DNA of 64,000 bases from a virus, in IMG/VR virus record IMGVR_UViG_3300035034_002798, positions 1-64,000 of that record; one strand, written 5' to 3'. Positions 1 to 9,603 of this stretch are shown here, piece after piece (the first letter of the stretch is position 1; each line of letters starts with the position of its first letter). The position numbers and the translations under genes are program-made. The notes under the pieces were generated by a model. It was not told the DNA's origin and made no database searches. It saw nothing but the letters and a program-made list of their open reading frames with translations.

Positions 1-314
1 TTTACACTGCCATGAGAGCTTAAGTCACCTTCTACGTTGTTGCAATTTACCGCAAGATCAGTAGTTAGATTACCTTTGATATCGCCTTCTATTTTTAAAC
101 ATCTTACATCGCTGTTGATATCATCTACTTTTTTACCATCAACACGCACTTTCCCATGTGAAATATCAATAGTATTACCTTCATATGATTTTCCATTTAT
201 TATAACATTGCTTTTGCTACGGCCAGTAGGGTTTATATCCCTACCAGCTACAGTATTATTATCCCCCATTATAGAAGAATCACTCTTAAAAAACTTTAAT
301 ATTTTATCAAACAT
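1..314 (-). CDS. hypothetical protein, runs off window edge (G/N/D-rich, beta-solenoid-like)
   Basis: Manual translation from ATG 314 (MFDKILKFFKSDSSIMGDNNTVAGRD...IEGDIKGNLTTDLAVNCNNVEGDL), open to base 1; GGAGG SD upstream. Confidence 0.7.
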   Translation of the reverse strand, partial: MFDKILKFFKSDSSIMGDNNTVAGRDINPTGRSKSNVIINGKSYEGNTIDISHGKVRVDGKKVDDINSDVRCLKIEGDIKGNLTTDLAVNCNNVEGDLSSHGSV

Positions 315-510
315 GTTCTACCACCTCCGTTGGTTCATCTGATTTTTCAGCCTGTTCTTTATAGTACTCGCTTTCTACCTTATAGTGGTAAAAATAGTAG
401 AAAAAATTAACTGCCGCCATAAAGAAAGCGGCTATCTTTAGAACTTCTATATTTGTTTCTGCAACGGGAGCAGCCATGGTCATAAAAATTACAACAGACA
501 CAAAAGCCAT
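307..510 (-). CDS. small membrane protein
   Basis: Two hydrophobic segments; GAGGTG SD. Confidence 0.6.
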   Translation of the reverse strand: MAFVSVVIFMTMAAPVAETNIEVLKIAAFFMAAVNFFYYFYHYKVESEYYKEQAEKSDEPTEVVEHV

Positions 511-522
511 ACACTCACCTCT

Positions 523-699
523 CTAGTTTTGATTAACATAAAAGTTAGGACCCTTAAATAAAAGCCCAGAACCACCAGTTATTACTCTATTAAAATCTTT
601 TGATCCACAATCTGGACATTCATCAACTGCATCATCCTTAATACTCTGGTGTATGCTTTTATGTTCTTCACAATTACCACATTTATATTTATATTTCAT
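523..699 (-). CDS. FmdB-family zinc-ribbon protein (58 aa, not in ORF track)
   Basis: Manual translation MKYKYKCGNC...ECPDCGS...RVITGGSGLLFKGPNFY: CxxC..CPxCG with the FKGxxFY tail typical of the family. Confidence 0.75.
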   Translation of the reverse strand: MKYKYKCGNCEEHKSIHQSIKDDAVDECPDCGSKDFNRVITGGSGLLFKGPNFYVNQN

Positions 700-941
700 T
701 AATCTATTTCTAACCCCCTGTTCTCAGACAACCAATCCTTGGCCGCATTCAACCCTCTTTTATCTGTTGGTTTTCCATACCATTGATAATTGTCTTCAAT
801 ATTTTCTAAATCTACAACCATAATAGTATGATGGTAATGAAATAAATATAGAATATTATCGTCTATTATGGCTCTCCATTTCTTCTTAAGTGGTCTTTTA
901 CCGTCAAAAGCTCTGGAAAGACAAACATCCATCTGCTTCAT
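699..941 (-). CDS. hypothetical protein
   Basis: ORF in operon, GAGGAGG SD. Confidence 0.6.
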   Translation of the reverse strand: MKQMDVCLSRAFDGKRPLKKKWRAIIDDNILYLFHYHHTIMVVDLENIEDNYQWYGKPTDKRGLNAAKDWLSENRGLEID

Positions 942-942
942 G

Positions 943-2052
943 TTAGCCTCCTCTAATATCTAAATGCTCAGTTCCTGGTATTGCTCCTGTTCCATAAAAC
1001 CTACATCTGTCATTGCAGTTCTCACAAGCTTCAATTTGCTTTTTGTTTATCATATCAAGTTGGTAACCAAGACATCCACCCTGGCAGGTACTACTTAATC
1101 TACCTGAACATTCTTTACATCCATCCTGGTACACATTGAAAGTGTGCCTATTTATAGTATGCTTAAAAAAATCAGCTATATCTTTTATATCCTTGAAATC
1201 TCTTAGATTAACATTAGAAAGAGAGCTGGTGGCATAACATCTTATAACTGTTAAATCATATAAGACATCCATTGCGGTACCACATGTTTGATCTTTTAAT
1301 GACTCTGGTGCTATTTTAAATACTTTTCTCATATCCTCATCAACAAAAGTACATGGGATAAATGGTACACAATCACCTGTAAGTTTTTTTATTCCGTAAT
1401 CAGAACATCTTTTTAAGAATTCTGCAGCTACGGAATTCATCTCACTGTGATGCTTTAAGCCTTCAGACCAATCGGCCGGGTTTATCTGATTACATGATGT
1501 CTTCTCAGAGGAACTATTAGGGCTTGTAATTGCCCATCTTACATGTTTAATTCTTCCTTCGGGCATTTTATCCAATAGATTAAAATAATCCGACATATCC
1601 TGTTCTGGGCTGTATAAATTCATTCCAGGAGTTATTTTTATCTTGGTTTCCCTTGCAATTTTTAAAGTATTATTTTCTATTAGTTCATAATAGTCTCCAG
1701 TAATACTTTCTTCATTGTAGTTTACTGTAAATGATATCTTTTTCTGAAGTTTTTCGGGCAATTCTAAAAACATATTTAAAACACTTTCGTCAAAAGCTCC
1801 ATTTGTGAAAAGAGTAATTCTCTCAAAGAAAGGATCGTGTGCTATTTTTTTAAACCATTCTTTAAACTTTGGATGTATGGTAGGTTCTCCTCCAATAATT
1901 CTAAAACTTCTATTATTAGATCTTTTATGGAAGTTAATCACAAAGTTGAAATCTTTTTCACTCATTCTAAGCTTGGGGCTCTTGTCTTCACCATTAGGCG
2001 CAAAACAATAAGGGCAGTCTAAATTACAGTTCTGATTTATAGCAACATTCAT
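943..2052 (-). CDS. radical SAM protein with SPASM-like C-terminal domain
   Basis: CNLDCPYC motif, GGEPTIHP, C-terminal CKEC...CQGGC plus extra CENCNDRC. Confidence 0.9.
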   Translation of the reverse strand: MNVAINQNCNLDCPYCFAPNGEDKSPKLRMSEKDFNFVINFHKRSNNRSFRIIGGEPTIHPKFKEWFKKIAHDPFFERITLFTNGAFDESVLNMFLELPEKLQKKISFTVNYNEESITGDYYELIENNTLKIARETKIKITPGMNLYSPEQDMSDYFNLLDKMPEGRIKHVRWAITSPNSSSEKTSCNQINPADWSEGLKHHSEMNSVAAEFLKRCSDYGIKKLTGDCVPFIPCTFVDEDMRKVFKIAPESLKDQTCGTAMDVLYDLTVIRCYATSSLSNVNLRDFKDIKDIADFFKHTINRHTFNVYQDGCKECSGRLSSTCQGGCLGYQLDMINKKQIEACENCNDRCRFYGTGAIPGTEHLDIRGG

Positions 2053-3210
2053 CTAAAAACACCTATATCCTTGGCCAAGGTCTTCTTCTTTTGGCGGACG
2101 AGTATTTTGATAATTACCTAGATGTTCTGTACCCGGGATAGCACCCGTTCCGTAAAATCTACATTTATTCTTACAGTTTTCGCAGGCTGTTATCTGTCTT
2201 TGGTTCAACATATCTAACTGATATCCCATACATCCACCCTGACATGTGCTGCTTAACCTTGCTGTGCACTCTTTGCAATCATCCTTATGAACAGCAAACC
2301 TGTGTCTATCAACTGTATGTTGAAAAAAGTCAACAGCATCCCCTAATGTGGTAAAGTCTCTTACGTTAACATTTGTAAGTGCTGCGGTAGAATAACATCT
2401 AGTGATTGTTAAATCATACTCTACATCTAAAGCCACCTTGCATTTTTGTCTCTCAAGTACTTCTGGTGCTACTTTAACTATCTTTCTTAAGTCATCATCT
2501 TCCATAACACATGGTAAAAAGGGAGTACAGTCTGTCACAAATTCTTTTATACCAGCCTTTTTACACTCAAGAATGAAATCTGCGGCCACAGGTAGCATGG
2601 TTTCATGATGATTCAATCCGGTCTCCCAATCAGAAGGTACTATATCCTGATCCAGTTTATTTTCATCAGGATCACCTGGACTAGTAATAGCCCATCTTGC
2701 CTTGTATATTCTACCTTTTGGAACTTTTTCTATCATATCAAAGAAATGAGAAGTATCCTGTTCTGGATCATATAAGTTGAGGCCTAGCACAACTCTTGCC
2801 TTAGTCTTTTCTGTTAGTGCGAGGATGTTTCTGTCTATAGTTTCAGCATAATTTTCAGTAACATCTTCGTTATTATAATTTATAGTAAAGATCATCTTTT
2901 TTTGAAGTTCTTCTGGCACTGAAAGGAAAACATCTAATATACCTTCATTGAATGCAGCATTAGTAAATAATACTACCTTATCAAAAAACGGATCATATAC
3001 TACCTTTTCGTAGAACTCTTTAAACTTTGGATGGATTGTTGGCTCTCCTCCAAATATTTTAAATACTCTATGGTTTGAACGTTTGAAGAATTTAATTGCA
3101 AAATCATAATCTTCTTCACTCATTCTTAATTCTGGGTCCTTAGACTCTCCGTTTGGAGCAAAACAGTACGGACAGTCTAAGTTACAGTTTTGAGTTATTG
3201 CTAAATTCAA
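2053..3210 (-). CDS. radical SAM protein with SPASM-like domain (tandem paralogue of 943-2052)
   Basis: Same CNLDCPYC, GGEPTIHP and CKEC...CQGGC motifs; colinear along whole length. Confidence 0.9.
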   Translation of the reverse strand: MNLAITQNCNLDCPYCFAPNGESKDPELRMSEEDYDFAIKFFKRSNHRVFKIFGGEPTIHPKFKEFYEKVVYDPFFDKVVLFTNAAFNEGILDVFLSVPEELQKKMIFTINYNNEDVTENYAETIDRNILALTEKTKARVVLGLNLYDPEQDTSHFFDMIEKVPKGRIYKARWAITSPGDPDENKLDQDIVPSDWETGLNHHETMLPVAADFILECKKAGIKEFVTDCTPFLPCVMEDDDLRKIVKVAPEVLERQKCKVALDVEYDLTITRCYSTAALTNVNVRDFTTLGDAVDFFQHTVDRHRFAVHKDDCKECTARLSSTCQGGCMGYQLDMLNQRQITACENCKNKCRFYGTGAIPGTEHLGNYQNTRPPKEEDLGQGYRCF

Positions 3211-3216
3211 ATAGAA

Positions 3217-3438
3217 TCACCTTTCTTGTTTTAGGGACAATCCCTCTCTTATTTTAGGTCCTAGTTTATTTAATTTAGTTAATTTTTCTTCATTCCCTAC
3301 TTTATCTAATGTATTGAGTATTAATCTTATGTCATATAAAATCGTAACTTCCTTATCAATATTATTAGGATTATCCTCAAGAGCGGCATCATACAACCGC
3401 TCTACTGTGCTTTTAAGTTCTTGTATTCTATTAGTCAT
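3217..3438 (-). CDS. hypothetical protein
   Basis: ORF with AGGAG SD. Confidence 0.55.
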   Translation of the reverse strand: MTNRIQELKSTVERLYDAALEDNPNNIDKEVTILYDIRLILNTLDKVGNEEKLTKLNKLGPKIREGLSLKQER

Positions 3439-3450
3439 TTATTACTCCTC

Positions 3451-4680
3451 CTAGGCAGCAGTTTCTTTTTTAACTTCCTCATCCTCTTGAGTTTCCTCAG
3501 AGTCATCATAAACTTCTTCTGCGGCTTCAATATCAGCTCTAATAGGCATGAAGATATAATCATACTCTTCATTATCATTCATTTTAATAACTGCCTGGCT
3601 TTCTGAGCTTGTAAACTTCATTAATACTTTATCAGTATTCAACTTTTTAAGGCTGTCAGAGATAGTAGTGCCTTCACAGGAGATATGCACTTCTTCTCCT
3701 TCTATGTCTTCTACCGGCAGACTAACAAAGCCACCACCAGTTTCGGTACCTTTTGCTGTAATAAATAGTTTTTCCTTAGAAGAATTGACGTCCAATCTCA
3801 CTTCAAAGTTAGAAGCTAAAGGCTTGATTATTTTGAGATTATCTATTAGATCTTTTCTGTTTACAGTAAATTCAAAGTTTGTTGTATCTGGAATAATCTG
3901 AGATATTGACGGGAATACTCCGTGCAGTTTTGAACTGTGGAGTTTAACATCAAGATCGCCACCTATATTAAAATACATTTTATCTTCTTCAAAACAGATA
4001 TGAACAACATCTTCGTTACTATCAGAAAGTTCTTTGCCGAGTATCTTCAGCAGCTCATAAGGGATTACATCATCAACTTCTTCTATATCTGCTGTTCCTT
4101 CCATTAATATTTCCTTAGATAATCTAAAACTATCAGTTGATGCCAGGGATATCTGCTCACCGTTTGATTCAAATAACACGCCTTTTAGTATCTCATTGCC
4201 GTCATTACCTTTTTCTACGGTAACTCCAACTCTTTTTAAAACTTCTTTGAAAGATTTTTGTTCTATCTCAAACTGCCAGTTATCCTCGCGATCTGGAAAT
4301 ACTGGATAGTTAGCTGCTGAATCACACTGCATATTAAAATGATTATCACTGCAATAAATATCCATAGTCTTAGTTTCGTGGTCATATTCTAAATTTATCT
4401 CACTACCTCTTAAATTTGATACTAGCTTAATAAAATCTCTGGGTATTACAAATCTTGAGTCTGGAGTGTTTAAAATATCGTCCTCATCATCAATAGTTGC
4501 CGGTACGCTGCACTCTATACCAATAGCTCTGTCAGTTGCTTTGATTTCTACTGTCTCTCCATCTGTTACATTGAACATACTGCCTCTCAATAGGTCTATA
4601 TCTGTCTTTTTATTTATTGCAGACTTCACTGTTTTCAAGGCTTTTTTCAAATCAGATAAAGAAAATGTCATTTTTAACAT
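3451..4680 (-). CDS. dnaN: DNA polymerase III beta sliding clamp
   Basis: ATD..IGI, ILKGVLF, STDSFRLS, C-terminal YIFMPIR; start moved to ATG 4680 behind GAAGGGGG SD. Confidence 0.9.
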   Translation of the reverse strand: MLKMTFSLSDLKKALKTVKSAINKKTDIDLLRGSMFNVTDGETVEIKATDRAIGIECSVPATIDDEDDILNTPDSRFVIPRDFIKLVSNLRGSEINLEYDHETKTMDIYCSDNHFNMQCDSAANYPVFPDREDNWQFEIEQKSFKEVLKRVGVTVEKGNDGNEILKGVLFESNGEQISLASTDSFRLSKEILMEGTADIEEVDDVIPYELLKILGKELSDSNEDVVHICFEEDKMYFNIGGDLDVKLHSSKLHGVFPSISQIIPDTTNFEFTVNRKDLIDNLKIIKPLASNFEVRLDVNSSKEKLFITAKGTETGGGFVSLPVEDIEGEEVHISCEGTTISDSLKKLNTDKVLMKFTSSESQAVIKMNDNEEYDYIFMPIRADIEAAEEVYDDSEETQEDEEVKKETAA

Positions 4681-4698
4681 ATATATGCCCCCTTCTTT

Positions 4699-4727
4699 AA
4701 AAAAATAATGCGGGGCGGAAACCCCGC
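4699..4727 (-). terminator. intrinsic terminator
   Basis: GCGGGG/CCCCGC stem followed by T-run on minus strand. Confidence 0.7.
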
Positions 4728-4735
4728 TATTTGAT

Positions 4736-4933
4736 TTAGTAATTGCTTCTCCAGTTCTTACGAGGACCATCACCTTTATAATAGTCTCCAGTCTTCTTCT
4801 GCTCTTTTGTATCTCCAATTAGCTGTTCAACCTGCTCAGTTGCATCCATACAGGCCTTACCTTTAACTCCATCATATTCTAACTGTACCTCTCCGTCTGT
4901 ACCGATTAAGATTTCCATTTTTTCCATTGCCAT
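4736..4933 (-). CDS. DUF2997-family protein
   Basis: IxxDGxVxxxxxGxxGxxCxxxTxxxExxxG pattern; linked to DUF1257 and AAA genes. Confidence 0.75.
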   Translation of the reverse strand: MAMEKMEILIGTDGEVQLEYDGVKGKACMDATEQVEQLIGDTKEQKKTGDYYKGDGPRKNWRSNY

Positions 4934-4948
4934 TTTAGTTTCCCCCTT

Positions 4949-5230
4949 TTAGTTTTCATCGCCAAGTTTTGCGATGATGTATCTTGCATCTATTAATAAA
5001 TATTGCTTGTCGTCTATTTCAATTTCTTTACCTGCATAAGGCTTAACCACTACTCTTTCCTTAACGTTCAATTCATCTGATACTCCATTTCCAAGTCCTA
5101 AAATAGTAGCTGTAGTTGATGGTTTCTTAGATTCATCGGTTAAGATGATACCACCTGGGCTTTTATCACTTTTTTCATCCAAACTCAATAAGGCATATCC
5201 TCTAGTTGGCTTCAGTCTGTGCATCTCCAT
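4949..5230 (-). CDS. groES: co-chaperonin GroES
   Basis: LKP...KSPGGIIL mobile loop, YAGKEIEID..YLLI....IIA; start moved to 5230 behind GAGGAGG. Confidence 0.85.
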   Translation of the reverse strand: MEMHRLKPTRGYALLSLDEKSDKSPGGIILTDESKKPSTTATILGLGNGVSDELNVKERVVVKPYAGKEIEIDDKQYLLIDARYIIAKLGDEN

Positions 5231-5468
5231 CGTCGGCCTCCTCAATAATACCTAGTTCTTTTTCGTTTTTGATAACATCTCTTCTGTATCTAGTCAGAGA
5301 TTCGGGAATAGCGCCCCTGTCTACGATTTCTTTTGCTATATCTTCTGGTATATCTATACCGTTAAATATCTTCCAATACATAACAGTTAGTAGTTGATCG
5401 TCTTTTCGGGTGGCAGGTACTTTTTCTAATAAGTACCTGACCCCCTCATATTGATTATTTTTAGGCAT
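5202..5468 (-). CDS. hypothetical phage protein
   Basis: R.DD..L...YW...ESLTR.RR pattern; coupled to neighbours. Confidence 0.6.
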   Translation of the reverse strand: MPKNNQYEGVRYLLEKVPATRKDDQLLTVMYWKIFNGIDIPEDIAKEIVDRGAIPESLTRYRRDVIKNEKELGIIEEADDGDAQTEAN

Positions 5469-5842
5469 TAGGAACTCCAGCGACTAACTTCTAACTTGAT
5501 GGTTCCATCTTCTTTTGTTGTTTCTTTCTTAACCTTCCAACTATCTTTTTTCAGACTATCGAGTGTCTTATACTTTGAGTGCAGCTGAGTAACTTCCTGG
5601 GCAAAGTTGTCTCCGTTAATACCAGTACCGTACCAATCTGCCTCCATTTCAAGTTCACCTTCATCATTCATGATAAATCCTACAGGTAAGTCCTTAACCT
5701 CTAGTTCTACTTCTCTTGACTGGCCATAATCATTTCTCATAGTGTGTGTACCAGTAATGGCCTCATAACCCATCTGTTCTAGTGCCTCTTCTAACGCCTC
5801 TAAACTATCAATTTTAACCTCAATTTTTGTAAAGTGACTCAT
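5468..5842 (-). CDS. DUF1257 (Ycf35-like) protein
   Basis: MSHFTKIEVKI...L..AL..MGY, GF, ADW, terminal DGTIKLEVSRW. Confidence 0.8.
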   Translation of the reverse strand: MSHFTKIEVKIDSLEALEEALEQMGYEAITGTHTMRNDYGQSREVELEVKDLPVGFIMNDEGELEMEADWYGTGINGDNFAQEVTQLHSKYKTLDSLKKDSWKVKKETTKEDGTIKLEVSRWSS

Positions 5843-5877
5843 AATATAATCGCTCCCTTTTGTTTTATTTTTTTATA

Positions 5878-6279
5878 TTAAAATGGTGCATCGTTCTCAT
5901 AGTATTTATAAACATCTGCCAAAATCTGTGCTCTCAGTTCCTGAAGCTTCTGTATGACCTTTTCCTTACTTTCATCTTTCAACAGGTCTTTGGGGATAGA
6001 GCCTTCGTATTCCCCAGATATCACTAATTCTATAAAAGACCCTTTTGAACCAAGGGCTCCAAGGTGCTTTTCAAAGTAATCTGTTATCTTAAGATGTCCA
6101 ATCTTATCTTGAAATTCCATAAATGCTCCGTGAAACTCTTCAATATCTTCCTGTGCATGATCAAGAGCGATATCAAATTCCTCAGAATCTACATCTTTCT
6201 CTTTTTTAGTTTCTTTGGCTTCTTGCTCATACTTTTCAAAAATATCATCGACTATGCTTTTATTATCCTTTTCTTCCAC
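5878..6279 (-). CDS. hypothetical protein
   Basis: ORF with GAGGGG SD. Confidence 0.55.
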   Translation of the reverse strand: MEEKDNKSIVDDIFEKYEQEAKETKKEKDVDSEEFDIALDHAQEDIEEFHGAFMEFQDKIGHLKITDYFEKHLGALGSKGSFIELVISGEYEGSIPKDLLKDESKEKVIQKLQELRAQILADVYKYYENDAPF

Positions 6280-6295
6280 ATTAACATCCCCTCAA

Positions 6296-7876
6296 TTAAC
6301 TTAATAATGACATCCTATTTCTCTTACCACTTTTCTTAGATCTATCTGATACACCGTTTGCGGAACTTCCTTTCGTCTTCTCTTCTGAAGACTTAGAGGC
6401 AAATATAGCATTGTTTTTAGCCCACTGGCGTAATCTATCAAGCTCTCTACCTTTTGTTGTAGATAGTGGAATAGTGTTATCAACTGCCTGAACCAAGTCC
6501 TGAGTCTTAATATCTCCATCTGGTCTTTCTGTAAATACATCATACATGGCAGATACAATTGACTGTTCTAATTCGGCACCTGAGTAACCCTGACTTTGTT
6601 TTACAACATCTTCTAATTCAAAGTTCTCTGGATCTCTACCTCTTTTTTCTAAGTGGATCTTAAGAATTTCTTCTCTTTCTTCTTCGCCAGGTAAATCAAC
6701 GAAAAATCTTTCATCAAAACGACCTGGGCGCAGTAATTCGGGTGGTAATTTAGAGATGTCGTTAGCTGTAGCAATTACAAAAACAGGTGCATCTTTATCC
6801 TGCAACCAGCTAAGTAGATAACCAAACACACGAGAGCTAGTACCACCATCAGTCTTACCAGATGATTGATTACCTGACAAACCTTTTTCAATCTCGTCCA
6901 AGAATAAAACTACGGGCGCAACTGCCTCGGCGACCCTTAAAGCTTTTCTGATATTTTCCTCTGAAGAACCTACAAGACCAGAAAAGATACGACCCATATC
7001 GAGCTTAAGTAAGGGCATATTCCACAATCCAGCAACTGCTTTGGATATAAGTGATTTACCACATCCAGGAATACCTGTGAGTAAAACCCCTTTTGGCTGT
7101 GGGAGACCGAACTCTTTAGCTTCATCACTGAAGGCGTTACCTCTTTTTTCTAACCAGTGTTTTAGCTGCTCCATTCCACCTACATTACTAAACTCTTCTA
7201 AGTCATTGAAGTATTCAAGTATCTGACTCTTTTTGATGGTCTGTTTCTTTTCCTCAAGCACCACTGATACATCTAATTTCTGATGCTCAGTCCAACTTTT
7301 TGCTAATATATTTTCAATTTCCTGTTCAGTCAGGCCAGAGGAGGCTTTAATGAGCTCGTCTCTCTGTTTTTCTGAAGGTAAGTTCTCTTTATCGGTAAAG
7401 TGACTTAGCTGCTCAATAGCTCCGTCAATCAACTCAGCTATCTCTTCTTTGTTAGGAAGTGTAAGCTCAAGAACAGTTACCTTCTTTTCAAGCTCGATTG
7501 GAAGTACCAGCTTCGGGGCGATAATAACAATAGGAGTATAAATATCATCAGTCGATTTAATATTCTTTAAGGCCCTTTTAATCTGGTCATCTTCCATGAA
7601 AGCATGATAATCCTTTAACATGAACAAGGAATTATTTTCTCTTTCATTTACATACTGTAAAACTCCCAAAGGATCTAATTCCTCACTAACATTAACTTCA
7701 TCTTTACCCTGCCATAAACCACCAGGAAAACTCCAACTATAAAAATCAAGTGACAATTCATCTGATATATCCTGCAGTAATCTTTCAGCTCTATCTTCCT
7801 CATGTGTCTCAATGTAGAGAATTGGATACTGAGCCTTCAAGAGATTTACGATATCTTTAGTAGTGTTATCTAACAT
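6296..7876 (-). CDS. Ycf46-like AAA+ ATPase
   Basis: N-terminal YPILYIETHEEDR, Walker A GIPGCGKS, Walker B LFLDEIEK, SRH LPPELLRPGRFDE. Confidence 0.9.
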   Translation of the reverse strand: MLDNTTKDIVNLLKAQYPILYIETHEEDRAERLLQDISDELSLDFYSWSFPGGLWQGKDEVNVSEELDPLGVLQYVNERENNSLFMLKDYHAFMEDDQIKRALKNIKSTDDIYTPIVIIAPKLVLPIELEKKVTVLELTLPNKEEIAELIDGAIEQLSHFTDKENLPSEKQRDELIKASSGLTEQEIENILAKSWTEHQKLDVSVVLEEKKQTIKKSQILEYFNDLEEFSNVGGMEQLKHWLEKRGNAFSDEAKEFGLPQPKGVLLTGIPGCGKSLISKAVAGLWNMPLLKLDMGRIFSGLVGSSEENIRKALRVAEAVAPVVLFLDEIEKGLSGNQSSGKTDGGTSSRVFGYLLSWLQDKDAPVFVIATANDISKLPPELLRPGRFDERFFVDLPGEEEREEILKIHLEKRGRDPENFELEDVVKQSQGYSGAELEQSIVSAMYDVFTERPDGDIKTQDLVQAVDNTIPLSTTKGRELDRLRQWAKNNAIFASKSSEEKTKGSSANGVSDRSKKSGKRNRMSLLS

Positions 7877-7896
7877 AAATAATTTCCCCCTCTTAA

Positions 7897-8856
7897 TTAA
7901 TTTCCTAAAATCTTATTAAATCTGTTCTTGACGCCTTCATTCTTTCGTTTTTCTTTCTTCTCTTTTTTGACATTTTTATTAACTTCTTCATTTATCTTAA
8001 TCGACATTATTCTATTTGCGGTAACTGTATCAGAAGATCGTTTTGCCTGTAACTTCTTTATCTGCATCTCTCTTAAATCACCTGAAGTAAGGCTCTTTAA
8101 GATGGGGTGCTCATTAGTATTAAAAGTTACATAAGACTCTTCCCGGCCATAATCATCTATTCTGGCCCCTACAATGTCTATCTTTGTCTTATCATTGTAA
8201 TCAATGAATGACAATTTACAGTCACTGATTAACGGTTCATCTTCAAGACCGCTAGAGAATACAGCATCTTTTAACTTCCCTTTTGTCACAACAGTAGGAG
8301 AAGATATACCATCTTCCAGGCTGCCCTCGAAAACAAGTTCATCGAACCTAAGAACAACCGTGTCTTCATTACCTGTTTCTACAAGAACACCCTCTCCTTC
8401 AAAAGAGAATTCCTTATCAATATTATATTCTCGATACTTATCTTTAACATTTATCTTGCCGCTATTAAAATTAGCATCAAAAAGCCTGTTAGATGTATTG
8501 GTTAAATCTTCTCTTACCTCATCTATCAGTTTTTCAAAGTTTTCCTGCTCATGAAGTAGTATTCTTTCCTCTATACAATCGATAATCATTTCTTCAAACG
8601 CACTCTTATCTATGGTTATTGAAACCATGTCTTGAGTGTATCCTCCACCATTGGGGCTATCAAGAGTTCCTTTACATTTAAGAATAAGCTCTTCTCCCAT
8701 ATTCTGAGATAAGGTATAACTAAATTTAATCAACATATTCTTATCTTTATCTTCTTCATGGGTAAAAAGACTAGAGTCGTTTGGAATTTGCAAAACATCA
8801 AGCATATTATAATCTACATAATCAGTATTTTTATTTACTGCCTTCATACCTTTCAC
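7897..8856 (-). CDS. hypothetical protein
   Basis: 319-aa ORF, no motif recognised. Confidence 0.6.
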   Translation of the reverse strand: MKGMKAVNKNTDYVDYNMLDVLQIPNDSSLFTHEEDKDKNMLIKFSYTLSQNMGEELILKCKGTLDSPNGGGYTQDMVSITIDKSAFEEMIIDCIEERILLHEQENFEKLIDEVREDLTNTSNRLFDANFNSGKINVKDKYREYNIDKEFSFEGEGVLVETGNEDTVVLRFDELVFEGSLEDGISSPTVVTKGKLKDAVFSSGLEDEPLISDCKLSFIDYNDKTKIDIVGARIDDYGREESYVTFNTNEHPILKSLTSGDLREMQIKKLQAKRSSDTVTANRIMSIKINEEVNKNVKKEKKEKRKNEGVKNRFNKILGN

Positions 8857-8861
8857 CTCTC

Positions 8862-9425
8862 TTAATAATCGTATTCTACTATCTCACCCTGTTCTAGGCT
8901 TTTATTAATGTCTATAACTCTTTGATTTGAGCTACCTACAAACTTAAAGTTTCCAATCTCGAGTTTATTTTCTTTCTGAAATTCTCCATCTACCAAAATA
9001 TCTACAGATTCAATTAACTTCCTAGCCTCTTCAAAATAATCTGCCAGGTTATCACCCATTAAATCTTCATATTTATAGCCGGTATAACTTAATACTGTAA
9101 AATCATGTTCGTGCAGTATGTCAGCTATCTTAGCCAGCTGTCCTGCCCACAACATCGGTTCACCACCGCAAAAAGATACTTTTTTGTTGGGAGTATTTTC
9201 TATAAGATCAGCTGCAAGTTCTTCAACAGTGAGTTCTTTCCCACCACTAAGTTCCTGCAAGGATTCATTGAAGCAGTTTTCGCAAGACTTATAACATCCC
9301 TGAACATATATTGTAGTTGTTGGCCATGGTCCGCCAATCTTGTTTTTGTACTTTACACCGCCTAATCTTATTCTGTCTTTATACTTGACACCTTCTAATC
9401 CTGTTTTATTAGATTCCAACATCAA
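8862..9425 (-). CDS. nrdG: anaerobic ribonucleotide reductase activase (radical SAM)
   Basis: QGCYKSCENCFN, GGEP, YTGY, DILVDG.F, GSSNQR. Confidence 0.85.
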   Translation of the reverse strand: MMLESNKTGLEGVKYKDRIRLGGVKYKNKIGGPWPTTTIYVQGCYKSCENCFNESLQELSGGKELTVEELAADLIENTPNKKVSFCGGEPMLWAGQLAKIADILHEHDFTVLSYTGYKYEDLMGDNLADYFEEARKLIESVDILVDGEFQKENKLEIGNFKFVGSSNQRVIDINKSLEQGEIVEYDY

Positions 9426-9603
9426 GCTCCTTTCCGCATTCTACGCATATTATTTTGTGTCTAACATCTTTTACAGGTACTTCTTCGTAGTGCTTTAACT
9501 TCTTGTGATCCGTTGATATTTTGATCTCTTCTTCTTTCCTAAAATACTTAGAATCACAATCTTCACCTTCGCACCGATAAATACCAGTTTCATGAGTAAG
9601 CAT
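9409..9603 (-). CDS. small zinc-ribbon protein
   Basis: CxxxxC and CVECG. Confidence 0.55.
   Translation of the reverse strand: MLTHETGIYRCEGEDCDSKYFRKEEEIKISTDHKKLKHYEEVPVKDVRHKIICVECGKELDVGI

Noticed and set aside
3451-4818. 455-aa version of dnaN
   Set aside because: Extension overlaps the DUF2997 gene and a terminator; SD supports ATG 4680
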